Assembly: GCA_016748015.1 (NCBI GenBank)
Contig: JAAOMT010000096.1
Span: 195,955 to 259,954 of the forward strand
DNA: 64,000 bases
Origin: Geosiphon pyriformis uo1
Lineage: Eukaryota; Fungi; Glomeromycota
Direction: 5' to 3'
In this document: piece by piece, positions 39,401-53,100 of the stretch
Layout: every line of letters begins with the position of its first letter
Numbering within the stretch: the first letter of the stretch is position 1
The notes under the pieces: model-generated
What the model was told of the DNA's origin: nothing
What the model saw: the letters and a program-made list of their open reading frames with translations, nothing else
Databases searched by the model: none
Translations under genes and position numbers: made by a program

Positions 39401-42390
39401 CATTTTTTTTTAAGATCCATATTTTTCATAAGGGGCATGTGTAGTTCAATAATTCTATACCTTTATGTCAGAGAGTTATAATCAGTCGCTTTAATCTCTT
39501 CAGGTCCCTTCAAAGAAACAGCACCTAGATCAATCAAAACAATTCCATTCTAAATGAAATTTTTTTTCAGGAGAAATCGGCACGATTTGATATTAATTAT
39601 CAAAGAATATTTTTCATTATAAAAATCTATTTCAATATATTGAACGAAGCTTCTTCGAAAAAGGGTTCCCTTTCTAATCGAGATCGAAAAAATGAGAACT
39701 TTAAAAATAAATTCTGAAATAAATACAATTGCCAAGGTTATTTTTAAAAAAAAAATTTACTTCAATTAGAATATCATTTATAAATATCGATCCAGAGATT
39801 ATCATCATGAAGTTTCAGAACTAACCTTTCTTACAAAAACTGAAGAGTATTATCGCAAAGATATTCATTACAGAATTGGAAAAAATTGTTAATTAGATTT
39901 TTTCGAAAGATTAATAATAAGGGTTAGTTGGTTAATTTTGAAGCGAGGAATTTTGCTACCAACTTTATTTACAAAGTAATTTAACTTTTCTAATTATTCG
40001 TTTGATTGGTTAAATCTACGATTTTTTAGAAGACTACCCGATTCAGAGAGTTACAATGCTTAATGATATCATTATTTCCCATGTGCTTAATTTTCCGAAT
40101 TTGGTAAATTTTAATGGGGTGATCTTTCATTTCATGAGCGAAGGAAAATTCAAGTCTCAAAACTAACTTTCTATCACACATCTTCTGATTGACAAATTCC
40201 AATGACATTTTCACCACGGCTTGTAGAAATCTTTGATCTCATGAGTATTTGGTCCTCAGATAAAATAAGAAAAATCTTTTTGTATTTAAAGTTTTGTCTT
40301 CCTCGAGATTATACATACTTCTATTTTATGAAAAAATTCGAATTCCTTATTTTTTGACAATGAATTTGTTGAGACTCAATAAAAACTTTATAAGATAAAT
40401 TTCAAAGATTGTAAAATGGACAATGTCAATTAAAAATTTTGCTCGAATTTCATGACTTGAAATTATTAGCGATTGATGATGGTCCAAACTTTACCAAAAA
40501 GGGAGAAAATAAAGAATGATGTGTTTATGTAAATAGATTTGCACGCTGATCTACATAAAATGCTGTGTAAGGCAATCCCTAAAATGTGTGCAAATTATAC
40601 CAAAATTATTATCAACTTGACAAAAACAGTAGTAAAATATTACTAATTACTTATCTTTTGCCCAACAATCGAGGACAAAATTGCGAATAGAAAAAAAAAT
40701 ATATCACAGAGGTTACAATTTGAATGTATAAAAAATGTTTTTAAAAGCTTGATTTTTGCAAGATTTTCTAATCTCAAAAAAATAAAACTAAAAATCATGT
40801 GAAACTTTAACCATTATTAATTCGGAGACCAATAATATGGTTTGAGTCTATAGATGGATTTTTGGGAAAAATTATAATCCATTGAAAAGTTTCTCTTTTA
40901 CTCGGTCCAGATCTTGGTTTTTCTCATAATTTAGCTTTTAACATGCCTGGATTCGTAAAATTTAAATGTTTTGTTAACAGAATATTCCAAAAAAATTCTG
41001 GTTTGAATTTACTTGTAAACAAACAATTTTTATCCGGAAATACTTTTAATAGTAAGCTTTTTTCTTTATTATCAACCTTGCCCGAATCCTAAGCAATATT
41101 TATTTATCAATTTTACAAAAGAAGTAAAGTTTCTTTTTTGTCTAAAGTAAAAGAACCATTCAATTTAAAGTTTTCTACAATCTGGTATTTCGGTCCATGT
41201 AAAGATATACTTTCTTATCAAGTATATATATTTGAAAATGTTTCTTCTTTTAACAGATAATTCTTTTAAAAAGATTTAATTTCAAGATAACCAATGAATT
41301 CATAACAGACGTCTGATATTTTAATATCTTTTATTTATAACTACTTTAAGCTTCATGTTACTGATAAAATAAGTGTCACTAAATGGTAGATATTTTGTTT
41401 GACATGTTATCAATGGCTTACACAATCAACTCCACTGAATTTTATGGGTTTTTGGGCTCTTTGGGTTAATTTGCGCATCCAGATTTTGACGATCTGGGGA
41501 ATTCGGTGGAACTTGTGAAACTATTTTCTATAGTAAATAAACAATATTTGATGTAACTGGATACCAATTGAAGCGGTTTTATCACAAAAGGCTTTCGTTT
41601 CAATCAATTAGCTTATCAAAATGGTGACTTGTAAGGGTCAATATTTTGTCCAAAGATATTCTTTTTTTCCGAAACTATGAAAGTCGCACAAGAAACTTGA
41701 GAAATCCATTTTCGGTAAATCTCAAACCAAAGAATTAAGGCTGCAAAATGAAACCAAATCAAGTTACTCAAAAAGAGATCAAAATAAGGCTTAAATTTTT
41801 CCACCAGGATCAATGAATTTTCAACATGATCCACCCCCAAAAAACATTTTCGAAAAAAGAAACCGTTTTCAAAATAGAATATTACGGTAATCTAATCAAA
41901 TTAAACGTGACAATTATTTTGGCTCTTATTGCCATAAATTTGGTTTAGGTTTATGCTGGTGATCATTGGATCAATCGCATGTTATGCTCTTTTAATCATA
42001 CTAGAAATTTTAATTTTATGAAACCATGGCGAGCGATTGGCTCTTCTGAAGCATTTTATTTAAACTAGCTATATGGAGAACATGTGCTCAAGGAATATCA
42101 GGAATCGTAAAAAAAAAATTACACTGGATTTATTTATTTTTGCTAGAGGTTGGGGAGCGAGAATGTAATTAATTTTAGACGGAAAAACTGCTCTTTTTTC
42201 ATTTAGAAAAATTTCGAAACTTTTGGCGATTGATCTAGATAATTTTTTGAATATTTACAAATTTTGAGCTAGCTTATAGAGGAAAGACAAAAATAAATCA
42301 TTCGTCACTTTATGGCGATCAATTTTAGACGTCATTGTAGGGGTATTGTAAGCGTTAATCTTGCCAAGTAAGAGGATCCTATCTTATTTA

Positions 42391-44359
42391 TTACCCCTTG
42401 CTTGATTTCTCTTTGTCGATCCATCTCTGTATAGCTCTACGAGTTTCTATGGGTTTTGGTACAGCGATACGTCGCATCATTGTTGAAACAGAACCTTGAG
42501 ACATTTTACATGTATCACTATTAGATAATGCAATTATTTCTTCGGCGATATGTGATTGGGTACATTTTGGGTTATCAAGACGAGGAGTGGCATATTTAAT
42601 GAATTCTTCGATCAAGTCATGATCTTCTGGTTTCAGCGGTTTTGGGGTATATATATGAGTTTTAGCTTCTCGAAACCAATCAGCAGCAGAACCGCTTCGA
42701 TGTGCAACACCATTCAAGAAAAAACTGTGCAGGGTGGGGCCAGTGGTTGTTGGTAAATCATCTCTCAGTTGATCCATAAAGGGTTCAAGAGCTGAATTTG
42801 GCTGATCAAGAGTCGAAAATTGATAAGGAGTTGATGGTCGGCCTATAGGGGATGGTGATTCATTAAATATATTGTGCGGATAATTCGGAAAGGCCGATAT
42901 GGTTTTCGCTGATGTTTTAGTTTGTTGTTGAGATGATGCCATATCAAAAGTTCCCTTTTCTAATTGCGGCACCACAATTATAGTTTCTTCCCAACGATTT
43001 GTTAATTTTCCCTTTTCTTTTCCTGGATGCCCTGCTAAGCGTCGCTTTTTTGTTGTAGGAATCGAGGCAACAGTAGATTGTGAAACAGCCGTGCTTTGTG
43101 ACATAGCAGTGGACTGAGAGGCAATGGTATCAATTGTTGATTCTCGTTTAAAGGATTTTCGTGATTTGAAGAACCCATTCATATTCTTCGCCTGCCCTCT
43201 ACTGCTCAATTCAGTTGGTGAACTTGAAATTTGTGTGAAAGTCGAATTCCCCATCTGAGGAATAGATTTAGGAGCATGAAACATTGAGTCGTTAGGTGAG
43301 ATTTTTGCGACATCTGTCAAAATCGTATCAATCTGTGGAATTGTTATAAAAGTTGAGTTGATCCGAGGAACTGGTACATAATCTCTGGGACTGTCAAACT
43401 GTGGACTTGAAGATGGGGATGTTTTGAAAGTTGAATCGATTTTGGAAAGTCGGGGCGTGATTGGTAAATCAAAAGAACGTTCCTGAGATACTACATCTAC
43501 AGGGTTTGCTATTTCTGCAACTTTTATAGCGTTTTGGGTGTTTGAAACAGGTTCATCCCATCTGCTCATAATTAGATTTGGTAAAGAGTTTTTCTCATTG
43601 ATAATTGATTTTTCGATTTTATTAATGGCAGAATTTCCCGAAACATCCATCCATATATCAAGTTTATTTTCATTTGTTTCTTCCTCGCTGATAATTTCCC
43701 TAGTCTTTTGATAGCCTTGTTCAACGTGTCTTTTTTCTTTAATTTGCCTTCCTGAAAAATTTTCTTCAGCAGATAGGTTTTCTGGCTTCTCACTGTTCGA
43801 TGATACCGATTCTTGTGTTACTTGTGAATATTCAAGAGGCAAATTTTCAATTTCAAATTCATCGGTATCAGTTTCAAATTTTGGTCTAGGTCTCTTTTTA
43901 TGCCGCCTATTCTTTTGTATTCTTTGATATTTCACCCGTGATCTTTGCTTAAAGTTCTCGAAATTTCTTTCAGCAGGATTGATTTCATGGGGTAAAAGGT
44001 GAATTGATGAATTTGTCAAGTTATTGAATAAGTCTTCAGGCAATTGTATACACATATCATCGGGTAGAAGCCCTTTTAATTCGTCAACTTTTTTTGCTGC
44101 ATAACGTAACGACTCACTTGCATTCTTAAATGCTTCACCGGCAATTTGATAGGCTTTTAATACCTGAGATTGACGTTAATTAATTTAGTCCAGCAGTGAA
44201 AAATCATTATTAAAGGAGAAATCACCTTTAAGAACTTTTGTAAAGGCTTACCTCATTTGTCTTTGCTACTATTTCTTCATGCAGAAGCGGTTCTTCACTT
44301 TCGCTTTCTGAACTTGTTTCATTTTTCCAATTTTGATCACTTTCTGTTCCTTCACTCAT
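42391..44359 (-). CDS. 626-aa mostly disordered protein with a C-terminal lambda-repressor/POU-specific-like helix-turn-helix; putative transcription factor
   Basis: Exon 1 (44359-44252; MSEGTESDQNW..KTNE), intron GTAAGC..CTCAG, exon 2 (44163-42391) in frame with the 554-aa track ORF. Basic NLS-like runs KNRRHKKRPRPK and TKKRR. C-terminus LIEEFIKYATPRLDNPKCTQSHIAEEI..MSQGSVSTMMRR..RRAIQRWIDKEK. The gene model is confident; the domain call is moderate. Confidence 0.8.
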
Positions 44360-45121
44360 ACTAAATATTGGGTTACTTGTGAGGTGTGAAATGTTCAAAT
44401 GCTTTTTTCCTAATTTTTAAAATCTTTTAAATCTGTTAAAGTAGAACAATCCTTGTTGAGTTTTATTTGCCACAATTTATTCGAAACTCTGTGACCAGAA
44501 TATTATAAGAAATAGAACAAAGTCCCAGTAGTATATTTCGCACCTTTTTTTGGCTTTTACGAAACATAAGGTATCAAAAATGAATCAGGAGACCAATCGA
44601 TCAACATATTTACAATGCCACCGTTCATTTTGGCTAAGCGATAATAACAGATAATAGTCATATAGAGACTAAGAATGGATTTATTTGGTTTTTGATCAAT
44701 GTGATACAATCATCTATGCTATTAAGATGCTATATGTTAAATAAATGAATATAAAAAATAAACTGTTATACATTCATAGAATTAGATGTTCATTAAATAT
44801 CTATTTGGATGGTGGTGGGAGACAAATTTGCCCATTTAGGAAGGACAAAGTTTTGGTAATGAACTTAGATTTCTGATAAGAGGTAATTTAAATTAGGAAA
44901 AAAATTGTGTAAATCTCACATGCATATTCCCATTTTGGGGTTCGAAAATATGAGAAAATGTTAAGGGCCAAAAGCGGACATTTCTGTCGTCCTCCCCTAA
45001 AATTATAAGACAGTCTGGTCCAATAAAATTTTTGGGAATTCTTTTTAAAAAAAAATTTGATTTTTTTTTTCACTTTTTATTTTAATGAATTTTCAATCAA
45101 GTGGCTAAACTAAACGACTTG

Positions 45122-46191
45122 AAATTCAGAGAGAGTAGATGATTCAAAAATTCTCAAGATAGATAGCAATTCAACGATTCTGAGACAATTTCTCACACAC
45201 AGCCCCGATGCAGGCTTACAATGGTTTACGATTTTGGAAGGCTTGCAAAAAAACTCTTTGTTCCCATTAACTATCCCGTTTTGGTTAGGAGACACCGGGA
45301 CAAATCAAGTTTAACTTGGCTGGGCTCGCCCTATTTGGAAATCGCAATACTATTTATTGTGTGTTGTATAACGTCACCAATTATTAAAAATCTATGCCTA
45401 AATCACTTAATTGTAATAGGTGAGAATCATGATGATCACTTGAATTCAACCTTTAGATGTAGAATGGCTGTTCAAAGACTATTATCCCTTTTATTTGGCA
45501 TATGTTCTTTTACAAATCTAGGTTTCGTCAAAAAATATGTTTTGAATTTGATTCTTAAATATTCAAAACCTAACACAGAATTTACCCGATGAAAAGCATA
45601 ATGAAAGAAGTTTAATTTCTAGTTAAAAAAAATAATATTGCTACATCATTTGCAAAATATATTTAATGTTTAGAAAATTTTTTGTTACTTTTGAATTAGT
45701 TGCTAACCCATTTCAATGACTCTGAACGTTTTGATCTTTTTACCTTCAAAAGGATTGCGAAGGATTTACTGGATCGAATAATCTCAACAGCATATGAATA
45801 CAGTGTGAAATATTTTTTCAAAGGAATACCGGAGGATTTTGCAACATTAAAAATTTAAAACATTCAGCATAAAATGACTTTAAATTCAGCACCATTTTTA
45901 TAATGCATGAAAATTTTACATTATATGAGGCAGAAATATTTTAAAACTCACTGGGATTCAACATTTTTAGCTTTATATATATTTGGAATTAGTAACAAAC
46001 CTAAAATACGTATAATATACATAATTGCAAAGGAAAATTTACAAATGGCTTGAATTTTTACGTGCTTCAATATCAAGCTAAGCAAGAGAAGGAATCGAAG
46101 ATTTATGGGAAAAGAAACGTAAAGTTCAGATGACAACTATTAATCCTCGAAAGAAGGTGTCCAAGAATATATGGAAATATTTTTTTTTATA
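45122..46191 (+). pseudogene. Possible decayed multi-exon gene of unknown family
   Basis: Several GC-enriched, protein-like frames broken by stops, e.g. ILRQFLTHSPDAGLQWFTILEGLQKNSLFPLTIPFWLGD, RFDLFTFKRIAKDLLDRIISTAYEYSVKYFFKGIPEDF and KIYKWLEFLRASISS*AREGIEDLWEKK. No family was recognised. Confidence 0.25.
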
Positions 46192-46279
46192 GCTAGGGAA
46201 AATCCCTTTCTTTGTAATGTATATATTTCTTGGAATATTTTAGTTTGATAAAATTTCAATTTCACTAATTCTTTATTCT

Positions 46280-46679
46280 ACAGCCCTCGATATTTTTACT
46301 CAATTTTTTAGATTCCTTTAATGAAAACGATTGTAAGACTTTTTGATTAGTCTTTTGGCTGCACGATTTTTCCTTATAATTTTTTATTATTATTATTATT
46401 AACTTTACGCTGGATTCATGCCAATTTTTCAGTCTTCAGGAAATGAATTTAACTCCTCTTTTCGTTTTGGATGTGATTTTGAAAAGTGATTTGTTCCTTT
46501 CCAACTGATTCTATTGATATTTAAGCCGATAAAAAAGTCATAAAGATTCGAAGATAAAATTCCTTGATTGCGATGGTCAACAGAATTTCTGAACTGTTCA
46601 TAGACCTTTAAAACAATGAAAAGCGATGAAGCTCATTCCAATTATACCGATCAAACAAAATTGGCTAAACTTTTGTCAT
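46280..46679 (-). pseudogene. Probable 5' fragment of a third lipase-like paralogue
   Basis: Frameshifted hydrophobic N-terminus (FSQFCLIGIIGMSFIAFHCF). After splicing it reads MNPAKNRAAKRLIKKSYNRFH*RNLKN*VKISRA, comparable to FPRESRWSNKRLLGLNYNPPLLFTFKKFAQYAKKA and WNPKESKFGERLVHK..LSDLRYYAKFANRA in the two intact genes. No catalytic domain follows. Confidence 0.35.
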
Positions 46680-49600
46680 AGTAGTAAGAAAGATAGAGAT
46701 TTTCAGGGAAAGGAAGAGTATTTATAAGTGGAACAAGGCAAAAAATCGTTAATTCAGTATAAACTATTTTTTGTTTTATCATTCTATAAATGAATAGGGA
46801 TGCAATTGAGAAGATGATTGATCAATCTTTTCACACTAAGTCTTGCTTTCATTTATATCGATCAATTTTTTTAGCATTAATACTTTTTAAAGTACCACAA
46901 TCCTCCAAGTTGAATAAATTTTTCTTTAATACAGAGGTTTTTATTTCGCAAGGTTCAGATCCAGGGCCAAAGTATGAAAAAATCTAGATTCAGTTTGAGA
47001 CTGCATGCATTTAGTTTTTTGAAATTTATAATAGAAATATGAAAAATATTTTTTGGCCAATTTTCTCACTTGATATGAATATATTGATTCAAAGCGTAAT
47101 AAGATTATTATCTCTGAACCTAAATTGGAATAGTCCGACTCTAACCCCTTATTAATAAACCATTAAAACTAACCGCTTTATCTCTGTATCAGAAATTCCA
47201 AATTAAGTCAATTTTACAGTCAGCTGTTTGAACTTAATTTATAGTTTTTTAATATAATATCAAAATTTAAAATTGCTTGAAAGCTAACAGTGCAATAATA
47301 TAAAATATATTTGTGATGCCAGAAATTATAACCTGTATAAATCTGGTTTCTATTCGGATTCGGGATGAATGAAATAAAATAGAATTTTTTAGTATCATAA
47401 AGACATGTTTAGTAATTAAAAGCTATGTTGAAGTAAAATTATCCTGAATGGTGAGTTAAATCATATTGTGAAGATGCATATTAATAATCAAATTTTTCTT
47501 CAATAGAGTAAAAACCGGGAATATGTTTGTTCTACAGATAAAAGCTTTCAAAATATTTTTTACCGGCTGCAACTTATTGATGGCACAAAGTTTCGCCAAG
47601 AGAAGGATTACTTTAGATTATAAAAGATAATTAATTATGAAGATATTCTGGTTTAATTTATTGATGTAAAACAATAAAATTGTCAGTTAATATTTCAACC
47701 CCTATATTTTAAAATGAGTATTTTAAATCTTCAGATTTGAGTGAAAGTTCTCTTGGTAACTTGCTTTGTTTAGTCGTTTCTTGGAAAATATTTTTCAGAT
47801 AAGAAAAAAAAAGAAAAAATAAATGAGTGCTGTTTTATTTGCAAGAAAAATTAATGATAACTTTCAAGTAAATAAAAAAAAGCACCAATAATCCAAAATC
47901 TAAATGAATTAAAGAATGAATTAATATTCTGGTGTTTTAAAATTTTCAATTTTTATAATTATGTAAAATACTCATTTTGATTTCACATCTGTAACTAAAA
48001 AATCTGATAAAAATGTGATTCAAAATATTTTTTAAATTATATACAATTATTAGTCAACTTCATATATCTATTAATTTTACTATAATAAAAACATAAATTT
48101 GTACAAAATTAATATAAAATATTTAACAATTGATCACAAATAACAAAATTTCAAAACTGAAAATAAACAAAAATTTAATAGAGCTAAAATAAGAAATCAT
48201 ATTAATAAAAAAAAAATTTATTATATAATATAAAAAATATGTTAAATTATTATAAATTATAATGTTTTAACGAGTAAAAAAGAAACTGACAATGTTTTAA
48301 TTTAGAAAGAAAAGTAAACAAAGATCAAAAATAAATGAAATTAAAAACAATAATTAATATTACTTAAATTAAGAATTTGTTATTTAAAATAATTGGTAAG
48401 ACGAGTAAAAATTTAAAATTATTATTTTTTGTTGTATTTTATTCAATTTTTATATCAATACTTGATTAAATTCTTAATATATATTATTTTTTTTTCAATT
48501 TTAATAATACTAAATTTTTTTTTGTAATAAACACAGCTACTAACAAATAATTAAAAATAAATAAATTTAAAAGGTTTTATTGATAGCACAATATATGAAT
48601 TTATAATATTATTACAATTCTTAAACTAATTATTTAATAAATTGAAACTTGAAAAAATTCTTTTTGTCATATTTCAAATTTTCGGTTTTTAAAATACTTT
48701 TGTTTATTTTTACTAATTTTGTGTGTGTGTGTTTTATAATTTTCATTTTTTTTTACAATGTTTTCCTAGAATTTTCAAATCATATTTACAATAAATTCAT
48801 ATCTATTTACAATATTTTATAAAAATATAACGAACGAACCTAATGTAATAAAAATATTAAACCAAAAACAAAAACAAAAACATTTATATTTATATTTATA
48901 TTTATATTTGAATATTTGTTTATAAGAATACAAATCCAAAAAATAATTTTTTGTTTAAAAAATTAAACTTAAACATAGTCTTTGTATTTATTGTTTTTCA
49001 ATTTACCTTTTTTTTTTTTCAAGTCAAACATATATACATTCATAATTTCATTAATAAGTTTAAAATGTAAAATATAATAAAATTATTTGTGTTAAATGAT
49101 ATAATAAAAAAATATGTATGTGAGAAAATCAAATAACTATTAAAAAGAATGTGTGAGAAAATTCAAAATAATATATTTGATAATTATTTTTCTAAAAATA
49201 CTCTACAATTAAATCTTTTCGTATTTATTGCGCCATTGAGTGTAACTCTTTCACAATTTACATATATAGCACATGTACATGCCTAAAGTAAACATGAACT
49301 CTACATTTCTTACATGTGATTAGCCATTTAAAATCAATCAGGACTACACTATGTTCCATTAAGTAAATTTAAAATTTGAACGAAACATCAAAAAATTATC
49401 TTGCAACAAAAGACCTTAAAATTAGTTATTTGAGAAAATGTGTCAACACCCAAAAAAAATTATGGCCAAATTTAATCGCAAAAAATTCCAAAATATTTAG
49501 GTTTTTTACCTAATGAAGTCATGAAAATTCAACAAAATTAGTCCACTTTGTTTTAACAGACCATGATTCTTTATCTAATATTAATTTTCATTCACTAAAA

Positions 49601-50401
49601 GTGTTACTAAATCTATTACACTAGATCTTTCCAAGGTAAAAGAATCTTTTGGCCGATGATTCATGCTCAAATTTTGTGGTCTTGAAACGATTTAGGTTTT
49701 CTTAGTATGTTAGGCTGAGTTAGATGTGCATCCATCTAATGTCAACTGTTCTATCACAAATTCAGTATTTTTAGTGTTTGAATCAAAATCCGCCATACAT
49801 GCAAAACATGAAACTCTAATTATTAAATATTCAAATTATTTAATAAAATACATTATAATTGATAAAGTTATACTTTTTATTTATTATTATATGTAATAAT
49901 ACAAACCTTTTTAGAAAAGTATTTTAACCAAGGCTGAAATTTTATTTTTCCTTTTTTTGTGATTTATTAAAAAAAATTTGAAACAGTTTATTGCGCTATT
50001 TAACACACTCTTTCGAAATTCATTTTTTTCAATTAAATTTTCTTGATTCATAAATAATCCATCGAAAACAAAAATTTCGGATCTCTTTTTTAAGTTTATA
50101 ATGGAACCCTATTTTGTATATTCACGAATTAACAATAGAATAAAGTAAAAAGTTTTCAATAGAGCTAGATTTTGTAATTCTCTAAAAAGGTTCACTTGAA
50201 AAATTATTACAACATTCACAGCTTCTAACAAGAATTAATAGTTGGTTCACCATCACAGAATTTATGAATAATTTAAAACAACAATTTTCTTCACAAGAAA
50301 ATATACAGTTTTCAGATGATTTTTTTGAAAAACAGCAAATCTCAACTATACTTGAATTTCTTCACTTGACAAATATTTTCTTTAATCAATATTTTTAGGT
50401 G

Positions 50402-51265
50402 TCAAAATATCAAATCATCTTCCCCACATTCACCCATCTTCACTCCAAAGTAAAGGCCATAATGTGATTCCAAATTCGGGATTTCATTTTCAGAGACTTG
50501 GAAAGCAGCGTTACAGTCCTAGAAGTTAATATAATAAAATATCAACTTGAATTGTATTTTATTGACAGTCATAGTGATTGAGCAAAAATATTTTGAACCT
50601 ACATAATTTTCTTCAATGAAATCATACTGTGCTGACTTGATCCCTGGACAGACTAATACAACATCTTTGCAGTCGCAAGAATTAATCCATATTTCTGTTT
50701 GATGGTGCATGTATCCATAAAGATTTATTCTTTTTGGTCTTTGCGAAACATAATCATCAAATCGAGTGACTCGGAAAAGTTTTTTAATATTATTGTTAAC
50801 ATACTGTGCGAAAAAGGCATCGCCTATACGTGGTTGTCCGTATGTGTATATTTTGATATCAGAAGTGTAGCCTCTTTCTTTACAATAAAGACCGAGGAAA
50901 ATAGCATAAACTTTGAAGAAGTCAAAAAAATGATGGTTGTAAATATCAATTAATTTCTTTTTTCAATTTTATTAGACGTTAAAATATGATTTAAAATCTT
51001 ACCACCACCAATTCCATGTGCAGAGATAGTAAGGCTTGAATTTTTAGTTAACAAACTATCTAATTTTCCCATTAATTTATCCTTCCATCGTAGAAATTCA
51101 GTATAAAAATATTTGTCGACCATAGCAAATTTTGCTGGCTTATATTTGACCATTTGATTCTTTCTGGTTTCCCATTGTATTATGGAAAGTTCAGAAGCTT
51201 TCATAATTACATATATTTCATGGCTATTATCCAAATGGTAAGTTTTAACTGCGATTATATGAAAA

Positions 51266-51330
<65 letters not shown>

Positions 51331-51845
51331 CCTAGTTTTAAAAAATATTTTTAATTAACAAGAAATTACTTACCAAAAATTTCCTCATGAATTCTATCCT
51401 CTTCTTTAAGACAATATGCACGGTTTGCAAATTTTGCATAATATCTCAAGTCACTCAATAAATCTTGATCATCGAGATATATCTTATGAACTAATCTTTC
51501 TCCAAACTTTGATTCTTTTGGGTTCCAAACACTTGACATAATTTCTTCGAAACTTGATTCACTTTTTCGCAGCTCAGAGTAATAAATTCTTTTTTTTATA
51601 TGCCTCGTTGGTATTTTATTTTTAAAATTTTTAAAAATAGTAGAAAAATTATGAATGGTTTGTTTTTTTCGAAATTCAGAAGTAAGGTCATGATCCCTTG
51701 TTGGATTATGATATTTTTTCAAGCAACATGGCTTTCCACTGATAAAATATTCTCTATTTCGTAAATATTTCCAAATTTCTTTGAAAGGAGATATCAAGAT
51801 TAACACTATCATTAAAAATATGACTGTTTTTGATTTAGAAAACAT
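50402..51845 (-). CDS. Class-3 lipase-like alpha/beta hydrolase with N-terminal signal/anchor; nucleophile Ser replaced by Gly (paralogue 2)
   Basis: Four exons: 51845-51374, 51248-51003, 50910-50603 and 50518-50402. The three intron positions and phases match the 18.9-20.2 kb gene. Motifs: ANRAYC, SAHGIGG, IYTYGQPRIGD, RVTRFDDYVSQRP, YMHHQTEIWI, DCN..SHYGLYFG. Confidence 0.88.
51267..51330. repeat. (TTA)n microsatellite inside intron 1 of lipase-like gene 2
   Basis: Directly visible. It explains the spurious poly-Tyr ORF 51154-51354. Confidence 0.92.
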
Positions 51846-53040
51846 TTCTATGTATTTTAAGAAAAATTTTTTGCTTTGAAATTCTGCATTTCATTTTATA
51901 TATTTTTTTTTGTGAAAATTTATTATTATTCTAGGAATCGAAAGCCTTTTCAAATTTTCACAAAAATTTATTTATAAATACTTAACCTTTTTCGATATGT
52001 TCAAAATAGACTATTGATAAATTTTTAATTGTCACGAACAGAACAAATTTGTTCAATAGAGGATCATATTAAAGATCGATAATTTTGCCCAAAATTAATG
52101 AAATAAATCAACAAACGGAAATTCAATCGAGTCAATAATATCAGGATTTGCTCCGCGTGACAAACAATGAGAAGTGATGATAGCAAATATTATTGTTTGT
52201 TTAGAATCTTCCTATTACCAAATTTGTGATACAAGTTGATAAATTAACACCCCAAAAGACCCCTTTCAACCAATAATACTTTGAAATTTTTGTTAGTTTG
52301 CTTTGGAATTTAATTTTTATTATTACAATGGTGCAAATATTTCCAAAACCTATTTCAAATATGTATTCAAATGACCATTATTTTGAAATCCTCTTCCAAA
52401 AATAAACAAAACTGGTTGATTAAACTTTAGATCCATGATTGAACTCATAATTTGAATGAAGTTTAATTTTTGAGATTTATTCAATTTAAAAAAAATTCCC
52501 ATCATTTTTTACTTTATAAAGCGAGACAAAAATTATTCGATTTGTAATGCTGACTAGCATTTTCATAAATGTGGTTACAAGGGATATAAAAAATCAGTGT
52601 TTTGTAAAAAATGCAGTTGTTAAAATTGTTTAAAAAGTCTTGATAAAATGAAACCACTTTTAATAGCAATTTTCAAGTGTTAAAAATTTAATAGATATCC
52701 ACATGATTTTCTTGCAATAATAAAAAATCGGATCAAAATTAATCGTGTTTTCTTTTAAAATTTCATTTTTCAATTCAAGATTATCAAGATAATTTAACGT
52801 ATTTCTCCTAGAATAAACTCTTTGAGGAAGATTATTTGAGCAATCCGATTTATGGACCATTGCCTAAATTGATGAGATGAGATTTTGAGTTATAAACAAA
52901 TTCCCTATGGAATGTATGAAATAGTAACTTAAAATGCAGGAACCATGTTAATTTAATGGCTTTAACAAAAAATTTAAATTATGTAAAATTAGTGGAAGGT
53001 GGAAACAAACTTGAAATTATTTTTTATTAGACATTGCTTT

Positions 53041-53068
53041 GTTTTGTTTTGTTTTGTTTTGTTTTGTA

Positions 53069-53095
<27 letters not shown>
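53041..53095. repeat. (GTTTT)n pentanucleotide repeat
   Basis: Directly visible. Confidence 0.9.

Positions 53096-53100
<5 letters not shown>

Noticed and set aside
39480-41840. Patchy protein-like minus-strand frames, including ORFs 40026-40217 and 41616-41840
   Set aside because: They could be one decayed gene, but no consistent splice model or family motif was found.
44835-45001. Imperfect inverted repeat (TTTAGGAAGGAC .. GTCCTCCCCTAAA) suggesting a MITE
   Set aside because: The match is short and imperfect, with no clear target-site duplication and no second copy in the window.
51154-51354. Poly-Tyr ORF
   Set aside because: It is the translation of an intronic (TAT)n microsatellite, antisense to the lipase-like gene.
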